A DNA stretch of 64,000 nucleotides from Myxococcota bacterium. Its GTDB lineage: Bacteria > Myxococcota_A > UBA796 > CAJQPC01. A program made the translations under genes and the position numbers. Below, piece after piece: positions 18,254-28,907 of this stretch. The stretch covers positions 1-64,000 of the forward strand of contig DASCPX010000040.1 in the NCBI GenBank assembly GCA_036012755.1. The letters run 5' to 3'. A model generated the notes under the pieces. The model had not been told where the DNA came from, made no database searches, and was given only the letters and a program-made list of their open reading frames with translations. Each line of letters opens with the position of its first letter. The stretch's first letter is position 1.

Positions 18254-19551
18254 AGGGTGCTGAGCGGGTCGAGGAAGCAGTCTCCCCCTTGGCTAGCGAG
18301 CTCTGCCTGGCGGGCGTCGAGGCGAGCCTGGCGCACGGCACCCAGCTTCTTGGCCTCGCCCAGGCCCCGGTCCCAGACCGTCGAGATGGCGACGCGCGTC
18401 TTCGTCGCCGTGTACCACTTGCGCCCGTAGCGACGGAGCTGGGACTCGTCGATCTCGAAGCCGAGGCCCGGCCCCGTCGGCAGCTTCAGCATGCCGCGCT
18501 CGTGGGTCCAGGGCTCCATGAGCAGACCGTCCCGCCCCTCTGGGACCCAGCCGGGCGGATCGAGCGGATACTCGAGGAACTTCTTCTCCCGGCCTGGGGT
18601 GGCCGCGAAGATCTGCAGGTTCACGGCGAAGCCGATGCCGTTGGTCCAGGTGTGGGGCGAGTAGGCGGCGCCGGACCGCAGCACGTGCTGCACGATGGCC
18701 CAGGTCTCGGCGATGCCCCCGACCATGATGGCGTCGGGCTGGTACCAGTCGTAGCAGCCACGCGACACCATGTGCTTGAACTCCGGCAGCCCCTGGGCGT
18801 TGAGCTCACCACCCGCCAGGGTCACGCCGGTGGCGGCGTTGAGGCGAGCGATGGCCTCGTAGTCGTCCTGGGGCAGGGGCTCCTCGACCCAGGAGAAGTC
18901 GAGCTCCTCGGCCTCCTTGCAGAAGGCCAGCGCGCGGTCGTAGTCCCACTTCGCGCACTCGGCGATGGCCGCGACTCGCCACGCCTGGTTCGCGTCGACG
19001 CCAAGGACGACGTCGGGACAGCCACGGCGGGTCTCGCGGATTTGGGCGAGGTCCTCTTCCAGGGTGTCGGCGTGGACGCGCAGCTTCACCGCGCCGAAGC
19101 CCTCCTCCATGCGCTTGGTGACCTCCTCGACACGCTCGGCGCCGGTCCTCATCTCGCCGGTCGAGGCGTAGAGCTTGACCTCGCCGCCGGTGCCGCCGAG
19201 GAGCTCGTAGACCGGCTTGTTCCGGGCCTTGCCGACCATGTCCCAGCAGGCAGGCTCGATGAAGCCCCCGCCTCGATGGCCGAGGTAGCACATCTCGCGC
19301 ACCCGCTGGCGGATGTTGGCGAGGTCGTCGGCCCGCTCTCCCAGGAAGTAGCTGCCGAGGAGCTGGGACCAGCCCTCCCGCTCGACACCCATGCTGGGCG
19401 CCGCGCTGTAGCCGACGACACCGTCGTCGCTCTCGAGCCGCAGCAGGTCGAAGCGATTCTCGACCTGCCTGAAGCCGGGAATCCAGCTCGGATGGAAGGC
19501 TGCCGGCAGCGGAACTGCGACGTGGAAGAGGTCGATCCGGGCGATCTTCAT
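18250..19551 (-). CDS. mandelate racemase/muconate lactonizing enzyme (enolase superfamily)
   Basis: Starts MKIARIDLF; WDMVGK..PVYELLGG, KLR, DAN, EEP, GE, QPD, PH. Confidence 0.88.
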   Translation of the reverse strand: MKIARIDLFHVAVPLPAAFHPSWIPGFRQVENRFDLLRLESDDGVVGYSAAPSMGVEREGWSQLLGSYFLGERADDLANIRQRVREMCYLGHRGGGFIEPACWDMVGKARNKPVYELLGGTGGEVKLYASTGEMRTGAERVEEVTKRMEEGFGAVKLRVHADTLEEDLAQIRETRRGCPDVVLGVDANQAWRVAAIAECAKWDYDRALAFCKEAEELDFSWVEEPLPQDDYEAIARLNAATGVTLAGGELNAQGLPEFKHMVSRGCYDWYQPDAIMVGGIAETWAIVQHVLRSGAAYSPHTWTNGIGFAVNLQIFAATPGREKKFLEYPLDPPGWVPEGRDGLLMEPWTHERGMLKLPTGPGLGFEIDESQLRRYGRKWYTATKTRVAISTVWDRGLGEAKKLGAVRQARLDARQAELASQGGDCFLDPLSTL

Positions 19552-19606
19552 GGCCAAGGTGTATCGCCGCCGGAACCGAGCGACCCCTCCTGTGTCCGAA
19601 GGGGGC

Positions 19607-21076
19607 ATGTCCATCCGCCGGGTCACCGCGCGCGAGCTCCGCCGCCACCAGGTCGTCTCCTTCCTCCAGACCGCCCTGGCGCTAGCTCCAGCCGCCCTGG
19701 CAGCGGCCTTCGTCCTGGACTCCATCGACCAGACCGCGGCGATCCCGATCTCGCTCGCCGTGGTCGCCCTGGGCACCGCATGCATCACGCGCATCCGGCG
19801 TCCGAGCCCCTCGACCCTGCTGCGCCGCATCGATCCTTCCGAGTGTCTGCTCGCGGCATGTGCCCTGGAGGAACAAGGGATCCACGAGGGCCTCGCCCTG
19901 TTGGTACACGACCGGGCCGGGTCGATCCCTGTGCACCTGGAGATGCCCTGGCGCATCCCCCGGAAGGGACTCGTCGCGGCCCTGGCGATCCTGATCCTCG
20001 GGGCGGTCCTCCAGCTCTCTGGCAACCCCATCGACGAAGCCTACGCCGGACCTCCGCCGCCAGCCCTGGACGCCGAGACCCGCGAAGCCCTCGCCAGGCA
20101 GGCCGAGCGCATCGAGGAGCTGCAGCGCATCCCTCACCTCTCGGAGGAGGCTCGCGAAGAGCTGGAGCGGGCCAAGGAGCAGCTCGGGCATGCCAGGGCG
20201 AGCACCGACGCTCGAGAAGCCCAGGGAGCGATGTCTCGAGCGGAGCGCAGCCTCTCCCGCCTCAGCGATCAGAGCTCGCGCCTCTACGAGCCAGAGGCTC
20301 TCCAGGAGGCCCCCAGCGAGGCCCTCTCAGCGGCCCTCTCAGAGGCCATGGAGCGAGGCGACTCCGAGCTCGCCAAGCAGCTGGTCGACGAGGCGATGCG
20401 CAGGATGGGCGAGGTCCCGAAGGGCCAGGACCTCGGCGAGCTTGGCGACGCGCTGGACGAGGCGATGAAACAGACCGGCTCCGCTGACGCCAGGGAGCTG
20501 ACCACGCGCCTCGGCAAGCTGGACAAACGCCCGAGCGACGCGCTCGTGCGGGAGATGCTGAGCGAGCTGCGAGAGGCCCGGGCTGACTCCATGGACACCG
20601 AGCGGAGGCTCGCACGGGCAGGCCGCCCCGGCGAGTCCGGTGACGGGGCCGAGCCATCAGAGGGCAAGGATGGCCGCATGGGCCTGGCGAAGGAGGGAGA
20701 CGGCGAGGGCGCCGGTCCTGGCCAACCGGCCCCAGGTGACTCCCCCGGGATGCTCTTCGCCAGCATGGCCTTCGACCCCGGATCCCCGGGCACCAGCCCC
20801 GGTCCCGGCCACGCCGAGCAGAGCGGCGAAGGGGACGCCGGCGTGCGAGGCGCCTCCGCCGCGAAGAGCTGGATCACGGGTCAGTGGGAGCAGGGTCCCC
20901 AGGTGCTGCTCGGCTCACTCGAGGGCCGGGCCCGCGGCTACGACGACCCCGAGACCTGGACAGAGGTCCACCGCAGCTACTCCGCCGTCGCCGAAGAGGT
21001 CGCCGAGCGCGAGCAGCTCCCCCTGTCCCGCCGCGACTACGTCCGCGACTACTTCCACGCCATCGCACCCCGCTGA
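19607..21076 (+). CDS. membrane-anchored coiled-coil protein of the MoxR operon
   Basis: N-terminal TMs, helical region, Gly-rich linker, C-terminal P..RRDYVRDYF. Confidence 0.75.
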   Translation: MSIRRVTARELRRHQVVSFLQTALALAPAALAAAFVLDSIDQTAAIPISLAVVALGTACITRIRRPSPSTLLRRIDPSECLLAACALEEQGIHEGLALLVHDRAGSIPVHLEMPWRIPRKGLVAALAILILGAVLQLSGNPIDEAYAGPPPPALDAETREALARQAERIEELQRIPHLSEEAREELERAKEQLGHARASTDAREAQGAMSRAERSLSRLSDQSSRLYEPEALQEAPSEALSAALSEAMERGDSELAKQLVDEAMRRMGEVPKGQDLGELGDALDEAMKQTGSADARELTTRLGKLDKRPSDALVREMLSELREARADSMDTERRLARAGRPGESGDGAEPSEGKDGRMGLAKEGDGEGAGPGQPAPGDSPGMLFASMAFDPGSPGTSPGPGHAEQSGEGDAGVRGASAAKSWITGQWEQGPQVLLGSLEGRARGYDDPETWTEVHRSYSAVAEEVAEREQLPLSRRDYVRDYFHAIAPR

Positions 21077-21082
21077 GGAACC

Positions 21083-22084
21083 ATGGAACCAGCACTCGAA
21101 CTCGAGCCCGAAGGGGCACGCATCGACGACGCCCTCGAGGCACTGCAGCGCCTGGATGACGAGATCCGGAAGGCCTTCATCGGTCAGGACAAGCTCGTGG
21201 AGGGGGTCCTGGTCGGGCTCCTGGCGCGGGGCAACCTGCTGTTGGAGGGCCTTCCCGGCCTGGGCAAGACCTGGCTGGTGAAGAGCCTGGCAGAGGCTCT
21301 CTCGCTGGACTTCTCGCGCATCCAGTTCACTCCGGACCTGATGCCCGCGGACGTCACCGGCGCAGAGGCCCTCGTCGACACGGATCAGGGCCAGCAGATC
21401 CGCTTCCGTCCGGGGCCGCTGTTCGCCCACGTGGTCCTCGCCGACGAGATCAACCGGGCTACGCCAAAGACCCAGGCGGCGCTCCTGGAGGCCATGCAGG
21501 AGCAGGCTGTCACCGCGGGCGGCGTGCGCCGGGAGCTCGAGGCCCCCTTCTTCGTCATCGCCACGCAGAACCCGGTCGAGATGGAGGGCACCTACCCCCT
21601 CCCAGAGGCCCAGCTCGACCGCTTCCTCTTCAAGCTCGACGTGCCCTTCCCGAGCCTCGCCGAGCTCAGGGAGATCGGTGTGCGCACGAGCGGTCTGGAG
21701 ATGCCGACCCTGGAGCCGGTGCTGGACCGCCAGGGGCTGCTCGATCTCCAAGTCCTCGCCTCGCAGATCGTCGTCGCGCCCTACCTCGCCGACTACGCCG
21801 CCAGGCTGGTCATGGCGAGCCACCCGGCGTGCCCGAAAGCACCAGAGATCGTTCGCAAGTTCGTCCGCTATGGCGCCTCGCCGCGGGCGGTCCAGGCGCT
21901 CCTTCAGGCCGGCCGCGCCCAGGCCCTGGTCCGCGGAAAGGCCTGGGCCTCGACGGAAGACCTTCGGCGCATCGCCCCAGCCATCCTGCGTCACCGGATC
22001 CTCCTGGGCTTCGAAGCCGACCTCGACGGCCTGAGGACGGACGTCATCGTCGCCAAGCTGCTCGAGACGGTGCCAGAGGAGTGA
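21083..22084 (+). CDS. moxR: MoxR family AAA+ ATPase
   Basis: GLPGLGKT, RIQFTPDLMPAD, DEINRA, ATQNP.E.EGTYPLPEAQLDRF. Confidence 0.95.
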   Translation: MEPALELEPEGARIDDALEALQRLDDEIRKAFIGQDKLVEGVLVGLLARGNLLLEGLPGLGKTWLVKSLAEALSLDFSRIQFTPDLMPADVTGAEALVDTDQGQQIRFRPGPLFAHVVLADEINRATPKTQAALLEAMQEQAVTAGGVRRELEAPFFVIATQNPVEMEGTYPLPEAQLDRFLFKLDVPFPSLAELREIGVRTSGLEMPTLEPVLDRQGLLDLQVLASQIVVAPYLADYAARLVMASHPACPKAPEIVRKFVRYGASPRAVQALLQAGRAQALVRGKAWASTEDLRRIAPAILRHRILLGFEADLDGLRTDVIVAKLLETVPEE

Positions 22085-22956
22085 GGGTCGACAGGCAGCT
22101 CCTCCGTCGCGCAGCGCGCCTGCGGGTGGCCAGCCTCGGGCCGGCCCTCGGAAGGCGGGCTGGTGAGCGTCGCTCGCGCCACATCGGTCGTGGCCTGGAG
22201 TTCGCCGACTTCCGTCCCTACCAGCCCGGAGACGACCTCCGACGGGTGGACTGGAAGGTCTACGCCCGGCTGCGGCAGACCCTGGTGAAGCTCTTCCACG
22301 AGGACCGCGACCTGGGACTCCGGGTCGTGCTCGACGCCTCCGCGTCGATGGGCTTCCACGGAAAAGACGACCACGCAGCGAACATCGCCGCGCTCCTGGC
22401 CTTCGCCGGACTCTCGGCCGGAGACACCGTGCGCCTCTGTCTCGTCGGCGAGGGCGCGCCGGCGCTGGAGCCCACGGGCAAGGACATACGAGCCCTCGGG
22501 GGCATGCTCCGCCTGCTGGAGACCTCGACATGCAGGGGCCACGCCCGGCTCGCCGGGACCATCGGTCGGGTCAGAGGCCTGGACCGCGTCATGCTCGTGA
22601 GCGATCTGCTCGTCCCTCCAGGGGACCGCGAAGCCATCCTCCGCGCGCTGGCGAGCTCCTCCAGGGCCCCGATGCTCGTCCACGTCCTCGCCCCCGCGGA
22701 GCGCGAGCCGCGGCTGGATCAGCCGGCCAGGCTCGTCGACGCCGAGACCGGGAAAGAGCTGCTCGTCCGCGGCGGGCGGAAGGCACGCCAGGACTACGCA
22801 GAGGCACTCGACCGCTGGCTGGAGAGCGTCTCCGAGCGCTGCGCGCGCCTGGGCATCCGCTACCTCTCGGCCTTCACGGACATGCCCCTGGAGACCCTGC
22901 TCTCCGACCGCCTCGTGCGCGGGCGCGCCCTCGAGTCCTCGACGGGCGCCTCGTGA
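22081..22956 (+). CDS. DUF58 family protein
   Basis: GLEFADFRPYQPGDDLRRVDWKVYAR, LDASASM; GTG overlaps the moxR stop. Confidence 0.9.
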   Translation: MRVDRQLLRRAARLRVASLGPALGRRAGERRSRHIGRGLEFADFRPYQPGDDLRRVDWKVYARLRQTLVKLFHEDRDLGLRVVLDASASMGFHGKDDHAANIAALLAFAGLSAGDTVRLCLVGEGAPALEPTGKDIRALGGMLRLLETSTCRGHARLAGTIGRVRGLDRVMLVSDLLVPPGDREAILRALASSSRAPMLVHVLAPAEREPRLDQPARLVDAETGKELLVRGGRKARQDYAEALDRWLESVSERCARLGIRYLSAFTDMPLETLLSDRLVRGRALESSTGAS

Positions 22957-24491
22957 GCTGGCTGCTGCTGGGCCTGGCCGTCCCGATCTTCGTGGCCTTC
23001 CTGACCCGACGGGCGACGCGCAAGGACGTCGTGTCGAGCCTCGCCATCTTCGAGGTGCTCACGGCAGAGGTCGAGCCCCGCCGCCGCTTCGCCGTGCCGC
23101 ACCATCTCCTGGCTCTGCTGCTCACGCTCGCCGCGCTGATCGCGGCCACCCTCGCGCTGGCAGGTATCGGAGGAGATGACCGTGACGTCGTCGTCGTGCT
23201 CGACCGCTCTGCGAGCATGGGTGCCGCCGACGGACGCTGGGAAGAGGCCCTGGGGGCGCTGTCCGACGAGGCCGACATCGGCCCTGGAGACCGCGTCGCG
23301 CTGGTCAGCGACGGCCTGGTCGAGCCCTACGGACGAGACGGACGCCGCCTCGATGAGCGAGCTGGCGCCTGGGTCCCCGAAGGAAGCGAAGAGAGCGCCG
23401 CCGACCTCTCGATCGCGAAGGACCTGCTTCCGGACGAGATCGTCTGGATCACCGACGGCGTCGGAACGACAGAGGTCCCAGAGGGTGTCCGGGTGGTCCG
23501 GGTAGGAGCCCCGATCGACAACCTCGGGATCGCCGACGTCGCCCTCAGGCCCGTCGACGGGCTGGGCACCCTCGAGCTCCAGATCGTCGTGGCCAACGGC
23601 ACGGACGAGCCCCGCGCCATCGACGTGGCCGTGGAAGTAGACGGTCTCCTCGTCGAGGTCGTGGGCCTCGAGGTCCCCGCCCGCGGAGAGGGGAGCCGGG
23701 TCATCCGCGGCGCCTGGCAGGGCAAGGTCCTCGATGTCCACCTGCCCGGAGGGGACGGACTCGCCGCGGACGACCACGTGCAGCTGACCCTGGAGGAACC
23801 GGCGCCCCTCGACGTCGTGCTCCGCAGCGACCGACCGCGCAGCTTCCTGGCAGAGGCGCTGTCTGTCCACCCGCGGGTGAGCCTGCACCGCTGCGAACCG
23901 GAGACAGCTTGCGATGACGCCACCTTGGCCTTCGTAGAGGGGGACCTCGAGCTGCCAGAGGCGGACCGGATCGTCGTCTTCGACGGCAGCGGGGCCAGCC
24001 TCTCCGAGCCCCGGGTGCTGCGCTGGGCCTTCGAGGACCCGATCTTCCACTTCGTCGACCTGTCTCGCCTTGGCCTCTCAGAGGCCACCCTGGTGGAGGG
24101 TGTGCCGCTGATCGAGACAGAGGAGGGCGCCATCGCCGCCCAGGACGGTCGCGTCCTGCGCTTTGGCTTCGACCTCGAGAAGTCCGACCTGCCGGTGCGC
24201 ATGGCTTTCTTGAACATGGTCGCCAACCTCGTCGAGATGTCAGCCCCCACCTCGCCGATCGAGCCCGCTGGCCTGATGGACGCACGCGAGTCGCTGCTCC
24301 AGCCCGTCGAGCTCTCGGAGGCGAGCCCGAGCCCGGCCGGAGCGCACTGGACACGCAGGCTGCTCTCGGCTGCGCTGCTGCTGCTCGGGCTGGAGACCGC
24401 CCTGCCGTATCTCCGCCGACTCGCGGAGCGACGACAGCGCCAGCGTCTCGGCACCCGGGCCCCCGATGACGAGGCCCGCCTTGCAGGTTGA
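22953..24491 (+). CDS. BatA-like N-terminal/vWA domain membrane protein
   Basis: BatA-like N-terminus, VVVLDRSASM MIDAS, ITDG, NLGI, C-terminal TM. Confidence 0.8.
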   Translation: MSWLLLGLAVPIFVAFLTRRATRKDVVSSLAIFEVLTAEVEPRRRFAVPHHLLALLLTLAALIAATLALAGIGGDDRDVVVVLDRSASMGAADGRWEEALGALSDEADIGPGDRVALVSDGLVEPYGRDGRRLDERAGAWVPEGSEESAADLSIAKDLLPDEIVWITDGVGTTEVPEGVRVVRVGAPIDNLGIADVALRPVDGLGTLELQIVVANGTDEPRAIDVAVEVDGLLVEVVGLEVPARGEGSRVIRGAWQGKVLDVHLPGGDGLAADDHVQLTLEEPAPLDVVLRSDRPRSFLAEALSVHPRVSLHRCEPETACDDATLAFVEGDLELPEADRIVVFDGSGASLSEPRVLRWAFEDPIFHFVDLSRLGLSEATLVEGVPLIETEEGAIAAQDGRVLRFGFDLEKSDLPVRMAFLNMVANLVEMSAPTSPIEPAGLMDARESLLQPVELSEASPSPAGAHWTRRLLSAALLLLGLETALPYLRRLAERRQRQRLGTRAPDDEARLAG

Positions 24492-26787
24492 CCCCCGGAC
24501 CCTCGCCCACTGCAGCCGAGCGGCGGTGCTCGGCCTGCTGGCCCTGGCGGTGATCGCACCGACCTGGACCCTCGAAGAAGACCGGGTCGACGTCATCGTG
24601 GTCGAGGACCGCAGCCCCTCGGTCGCCGAGCACGGTCTCGACGTGCTGGACCGGGACCTGCCCAGTGGCGCCGTCACCCACCGCATCGGGGTCGGGTCCG
24701 ACCTCGGCGCCGCGCTTCGAGAGGCCGCCGGGCTCGTCCCGGTGGGGGGCGCCGGGCGCATCGTCCTGGTGTCCGACGGCCGCGCCACCGACGAGCTCGG
24801 AGACCTGCCGTTGCGGGTGGACACCGTCGAAGTGCCCACCGTCGAGGGGCCGGCCACTCCCGGGGTCCCCTCTGAGGTCGCCCCCGGAGAGAGCCTCGAG
24901 GTCGCGATCTCCGGCCCGCCGGACGCGGCCACCCTCGGGGCCTCGCCGATCCCTGTGGACACCTCCGTCGACGACCTGGGCCAGCCGGTTCTCCGCGTCG
25001 ATCCGGAGCTCGCCCCCGGCCTGCACGAGCTCGTCCTGAGCTACGGCGAGACCAGGCGCTCGGCTCGCCTCCACGTCCGAGACGCGCCCCGCGTGCTGCT
25101 CCTCGTGCCGGAGACGGAGGCGAGCGTCCCCCTCGCAGAGGCGCTCCGGACCGAGCACTTCGAGGTCGACGTCAGCACCCCGGCCCAGGCCCGACTGGAG
25201 ACCCCGGATCCAGCCAACTACGACCTCGTCGTGCTCGCCGACGTGCCCGCCTACGATCACGTCGGCGGCGACACCACCATCGATCCGGCCTTCCTCCACG
25301 ACCTGCGGCGCGAGGTCAGCGGCGGCCTCGGCCTTGTCGTCTTCGGCGGGACGCGCTCCTATGACCTGGGCGGCTGGGGGGAGTCCGAGCTCGGCCCCGT
25401 GCTCCCGGTGAAGACGAACCAGAGCGACGGGCGCATGGGCGGCCCGGTCAGCGTCGTGGTCGTGCTCGACAACAGCGGGTCCATGGGCCACGTCGTCATG
25501 GAGGACGGCACCAACAAGCTCGACCTGGCCGTCGAGGGCACGCTGGCCGCCCGCGAGCTCCTGCGCAGCTTCGACCGCATCGCCGTCGTGTCCTTCGACG
25601 ACGCCCCCCACTGGTTCCTGCGGCCAGAGAACGTCGACGACCGCGGCAACCAGGCGGCGCGCATCAAGAGCGTGTCGGTGGGCGGCGGTGGAATCTATGT
25701 CTACAGCTCCCTGGCGCTGGCCTACGACGTCCTCGCCGACGAGGACGCCCCGCTCCGCCACGTCATCCTCTTCAGCGACGCCGGAGACTCCGAGGAGCAG
25801 ACCGCCGGCACCATCTTCGGCTGGGGGGCAGGTCACAGCTCCTACGCCCTCGCTCATGACCAGTGGCTGCGCGGAGTGACGACCTCGGTCATCGGCGTCG
25901 GCACGGAGGCGGAGCAGGACGCCGAGTTCCTGAAGATCCTCGCCGCGGAGGGCGGCGGCCGCTTCTACCTCACCAACGACGCGACGGAGCTCCGCGCCCT
26001 GTTCATGAAGGAGACCCGCCGACTGGTCGGGAGCGCCGTCCGCGAGAAGGCCTACAGACCCACCGCCGTGTTGGAGCATCCAATCATCGAGGGCCTCGAC
26101 TTCGATGGGGCTCCCCACCTCGCCGGCTACGTGAAGTTGAAGCCGCGCGCTGGCGCCCAGGTCATCGCGAAGGGTCCCGACCGTGACCCCTGGATGATCA
26201 CCTGGCGCTATGGACTGGGGCATGTCGTCGCCGTCGCCAGCGACGCGGGCACGACCTGGAGCGAGGACTTCTCGACCTGGGACCAGTGGCCCCAGCTCCA
26301 GGCCCAGATCGCCCGCCACAGCGTCCGGGACGAGGTCAGCGGCACCACCGCGCTGGTCGTCGAGGACCTTGGCGCCGAGGTGGAGCTCCAGCTCATGCGC
26401 AGGGACCACGACGGTCTCGCCCGCGACGACGGCCAGGTGGCCCTGCTCCTCGACGGCGAGGAGGTGGTGCTGTCCCTGTCGGAGCCCGGGCTCTACTCGA
26501 CCCGGGTGCCCTGGCCGGACGACCTCGGCCAGCTCCAGCTCGTCATCGACGGCGAGGTGGTCACAGAGAGGACCATCGCCCGGCCGACACCCCTGGAGTT
26601 CGGCGAGGCGAAGCCCGAGCTGCTGCAGCGCGTGGCCACCGACAGCGGCGGCGTGAAGGCCGCGGGTTGGACAGCCTCCGTCGAGGGCGCCCCCTTCGAG
26701 CGCGGAGTGCCCCTGTGGCCCGTCTTCGCCGTCCTGGCGCTCTTGCTGTTGCCGGTGGACGCCTGGCTGAGGCGGTCCATCCGCTGA
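24466..26787 (+). CDS. vWA plus glutamine-amidotransferase-like domain membrane protein
   Basis: DRSPS and DNSGSM MIDAS motifs, YDLVVLADVP, WRYGLG, C-terminal TM. Confidence 0.8.
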   Translation: MTRPALQVDPRTLAHCSRAAVLGLLALAVIAPTWTLEEDRVDVIVVEDRSPSVAEHGLDVLDRDLPSGAVTHRIGVGSDLGAALREAAGLVPVGGAGRIVLVSDGRATDELGDLPLRVDTVEVPTVEGPATPGVPSEVAPGESLEVAISGPPDAATLGASPIPVDTSVDDLGQPVLRVDPELAPGLHELVLSYGETRRSARLHVRDAPRVLLLVPETEASVPLAEALRTEHFEVDVSTPAQARLETPDPANYDLVVLADVPAYDHVGGDTTIDPAFLHDLRREVSGGLGLVVFGGTRSYDLGGWGESELGPVLPVKTNQSDGRMGGPVSVVVVLDNSGSMGHVVMEDGTNKLDLAVEGTLAARELLRSFDRIAVVSFDDAPHWFLRPENVDDRGNQAARIKSVSVGGGGIYVYSSLALAYDVLADEDAPLRHVILFSDAGDSEEQTAGTIFGWGAGHSSYALAHDQWLRGVTTSVIGVGTEAEQDAEFLKILAAEGGGRFYLTNDATELRALFMKETRRLVGSAVREKAYRPTAVLEHPIIEGLDFDGAPHLAGYVKLKPRAGAQVIAKGPDRDPWMITWRYGLGHVVAVASDAGTTWSEDFSTWDQWPQLQAQIARHSVRDEVSGTTALVVEDLGAEVELQLMRRDHDGLARDDGQVALLLDGEEVVLSLSEPGLYSTRVPWPDDLGQLQLVIDGEVVTERTIARPTPLEFGEAKPELLQRVATDSGGVKAAGWTASVEGAPFERGVPLWPVFAVLALLLLPVDAWLRRSIR

Positions 26788-27267
26788 CTACTCGTAGTAG
26801 GCCAGTTCCCAAACCATATCCACCAGTTCCAGACGAACTGGTCCGACACCCTCGCCAAAGGCGTGCTCTCCGGGCAGCCCCTCTGTGACCTCCACCCGAA
26901 CCACCATCGGGAAGGTCCCGTACCAGACCTCCAGCTCGCCGAGGGCGACCACCGTGACGCCATGCTCGCTGGTCTCTCCCTCCTCCAGGCGGTGAGGCAG
27001 CACCTGGTCCTCGCCCACGAAGAAGCCCTCGTCGTTCAGCTCGGTGGCGTACTCGCCAACCACGGTCGCGTCGCTCCAGCGCTCGCCGCGACGAAAGGTC
27101 CAGAGTCCATCCTCGGAGCGTAGGTGAAGGACATCGTTGGACTCTCCTGTGTCCGTCGAGTCCGAGACGAACTCCATCGTGAGCTCGCCAGGCCCCACGT
27201 AGTCCTCTGCGAGGAGACCCGCGCCCCCCGGCACCTCGGAGCCGGTGCAGGCCAGGAGCCAGATCAT
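26788..27267 (-). CDS. hypothetical lipoprotein
   Basis: MIWLLAC; ATGA-coupled to the upstream gene. Confidence 0.7.
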   Translation of the reverse strand: MIWLLACTGSEVPGGAGLLAEDYVGPGELTMEFVSDSTDTGESNDVLHLRSEDGLWTFRRGERWSDATVVGEYATELNDEGFFVGEDQVLPHRLEEGETSEHGVTVVALGELEVWYGTFPMVVRVEVTEGLPGEHAFGEGVGPVRLELVDMVWELAYYE

Positions 27268-28850
27268 GGCGCCCAGACCGGGATGTGGTTGTTGTCGCTC
27301 GTGGCCTGTCCCGGAAGCCAGAAGGCAGGCCAGCTGGGATCCTCTCCCTCCAGGGCTCGCTCCGGGTCGAAACCGGCGACCCAGATCTGGGGCTGGCCCG
27401 AGACCACGTCTCCATACGCGCGCCTGCTGCTGAAGGTCAGCCAGAGCACGTCGTCGTCAGGCAGCGGCCCCCAGCGCGGCCAGCTGTTCGTCAGGTTCAC
27501 GGTCTGGTTCGCAGCATCCAGCGCGATCGGATCGCCCCCTGTCGCCCGCATCACGTAGACCGTCGCGTCGGAGTCGTCGTAGCAGTCCTGGGTGGAGCGG
27601 TTGAAGGCGATCCAGCGCCCGTCGGGGGAGTACTCCGGGTAGCAGACGTTGCCCTCTGGCGGCGCGTAGACCTCTACGACATCGGAGAAGGTGCCATCCC
27701 CATAGACGTCGATGACGCCAAGGCGACCGCCCGAGAACGACCAGTCGTATTCGTGGCCGGCTGTCGTCACGACGAAGATCTGGTCATCGTTGGGGGACCA
27801 CGTCGGCATCGTCACGGGTGAAGACAGGGGGACATCGCCGAGGTACTCGGCGGTCACGCCGTCGTACAGCAGGAGCGCGCCGGCGAGGGTCGTCACGAGC
27901 CACTCACCGTCTGGCGAGTAGGCCTTGAAGTTCCCGTAGACCGTGTTGCTGGCCTCGATGTCACTGAGATCGCCGACGTTCTTCACGCCGAGCGGACCGT
28001 TGCCGCCGTCGTAGGTGAAGGCGATGTGCTCGTTCGCCGAGATGACGTGGCAGCCCACGCAGCGGCCGGTCTGGTTGGCGGTGAGGTACTCGCTGGCCTC
28101 TCCGCCATAGGGGATCTCCATGAGTCCGGAGCCAGTGGTGGTCCAGTAGACGATGGAGCCCTCCGCATCCATCCGGTTCACGCTGAGGCTGCGCACAGGA
28201 GCGGCGACGACGGTGCCAGCGAGGCTCGCCTCGAGCTCGACCTCGACGCTCCCTCCTGCGTTGGTGGCGACGATCTGCTGCCAGGTCGCCACGTCGGCGG
28301 TCCAGCTGGTGGAGGTGGTGTAGACGGACAGGTCCGTGACCTGGGAGCGCAGCCGGAGCCGGTAGGCGGTCGCGCCGAGATCGGACCACATGAAGCGGAT
28401 GCTGGGGGTGTTGCGCGGGAAGTTGACCCCGTCCTCCGGGTAGAGCCAGAACTCCTGCTCGGTGACGACGGAGGAGTCGAACAGGGTGTGGTCGATGCCC
28501 TCTTCGTCCCGCTCGTCGAGCCAGGTCAGGATGATCTCGGAGTCTCCCTCGATGCCGGCCAGGCGCGCGGTCACGTAGCTGAAGCCGCCGTTGTCCGGGC
28601 TCGGCGTGAACAGGCCGAAGGAATCCAGCGTGCCGACTGAGCGATTCGACAGGCTCCACTCGACCGTGTCCAGCGCTGCGATCTCGCCGTCTTCGTACTC
28701 CCCGGTCGCCACGTACTGGACCACCTCCGGCACCTCGAGACCGGTGCTCAGCTCGACGAGATCCGGCTCGACATCGATCGCTACGAGCGCCGGGGGCTCG
28801 ACCTGTTGCGGTCCCGTAGCGGGCTTGCACGCGAGTGCGTAGAGAAACAT
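27264..28850 (-). CDS. lipoprotein with Ig-like domain and TolB-like (PD40) beta-propeller
   Basis: MFLYALAC start; PTWSP, PEYSPDGRWIAF and SWPRW repeats; CVGCH motif. Confidence 0.75.
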   Translation of the reverse strand: MFLYALACKPATGPQQVEPPALVAIDVEPDLVELSTGLEVPEVVQYVATGEYEDGEIAALDTVEWSLSNRSVGTLDSFGLFTPSPDNGGFSYVTARLAGIEGDSEIILTWLDERDEEGIDHTLFDSSVVTEQEFWLYPEDGVNFPRNTPSIRFMWSDLGATAYRLRLRSQVTDLSVYTTSTSWTADVATWQQIVATNAGGSVEVELEASLAGTVVAAPVRSLSVNRMDAEGSIVYWTTTGSGLMEIPYGGEASEYLTANQTGRCVGCHVISANEHIAFTYDGGNGPLGVKNVGDLSDIEASNTVYGNFKAYSPDGEWLVTTLAGALLLYDGVTAEYLGDVPLSSPVTMPTWSPNDDQIFVVTTAGHEYDWSFSGGRLGVIDVYGDGTFSDVVEVYAPPEGNVCYPEYSPDGRWIAFNRSTQDCYDDSDATVYVMRATGGDPIALDAANQTVNLTNSWPRWGPLPDDDVLWLTFSSRRAYGDVVSGQPQIWVAGFDPERALEGEDPSWPAFWLPGQATSDNNHIPVWAP

Positions 28851-28907
28851 GGGCGCGTCGGTGCGGAGCGAAGGTTGTATCATGCTCCACGGCACCCCGG
28901 ATCGGTG

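Noticed and set aside
19607..26787. MoxR-DUF58-vWA operon as a novel system
   Set aside because: This is a well-known, widespread operon architecture with nothing visibly atypical.
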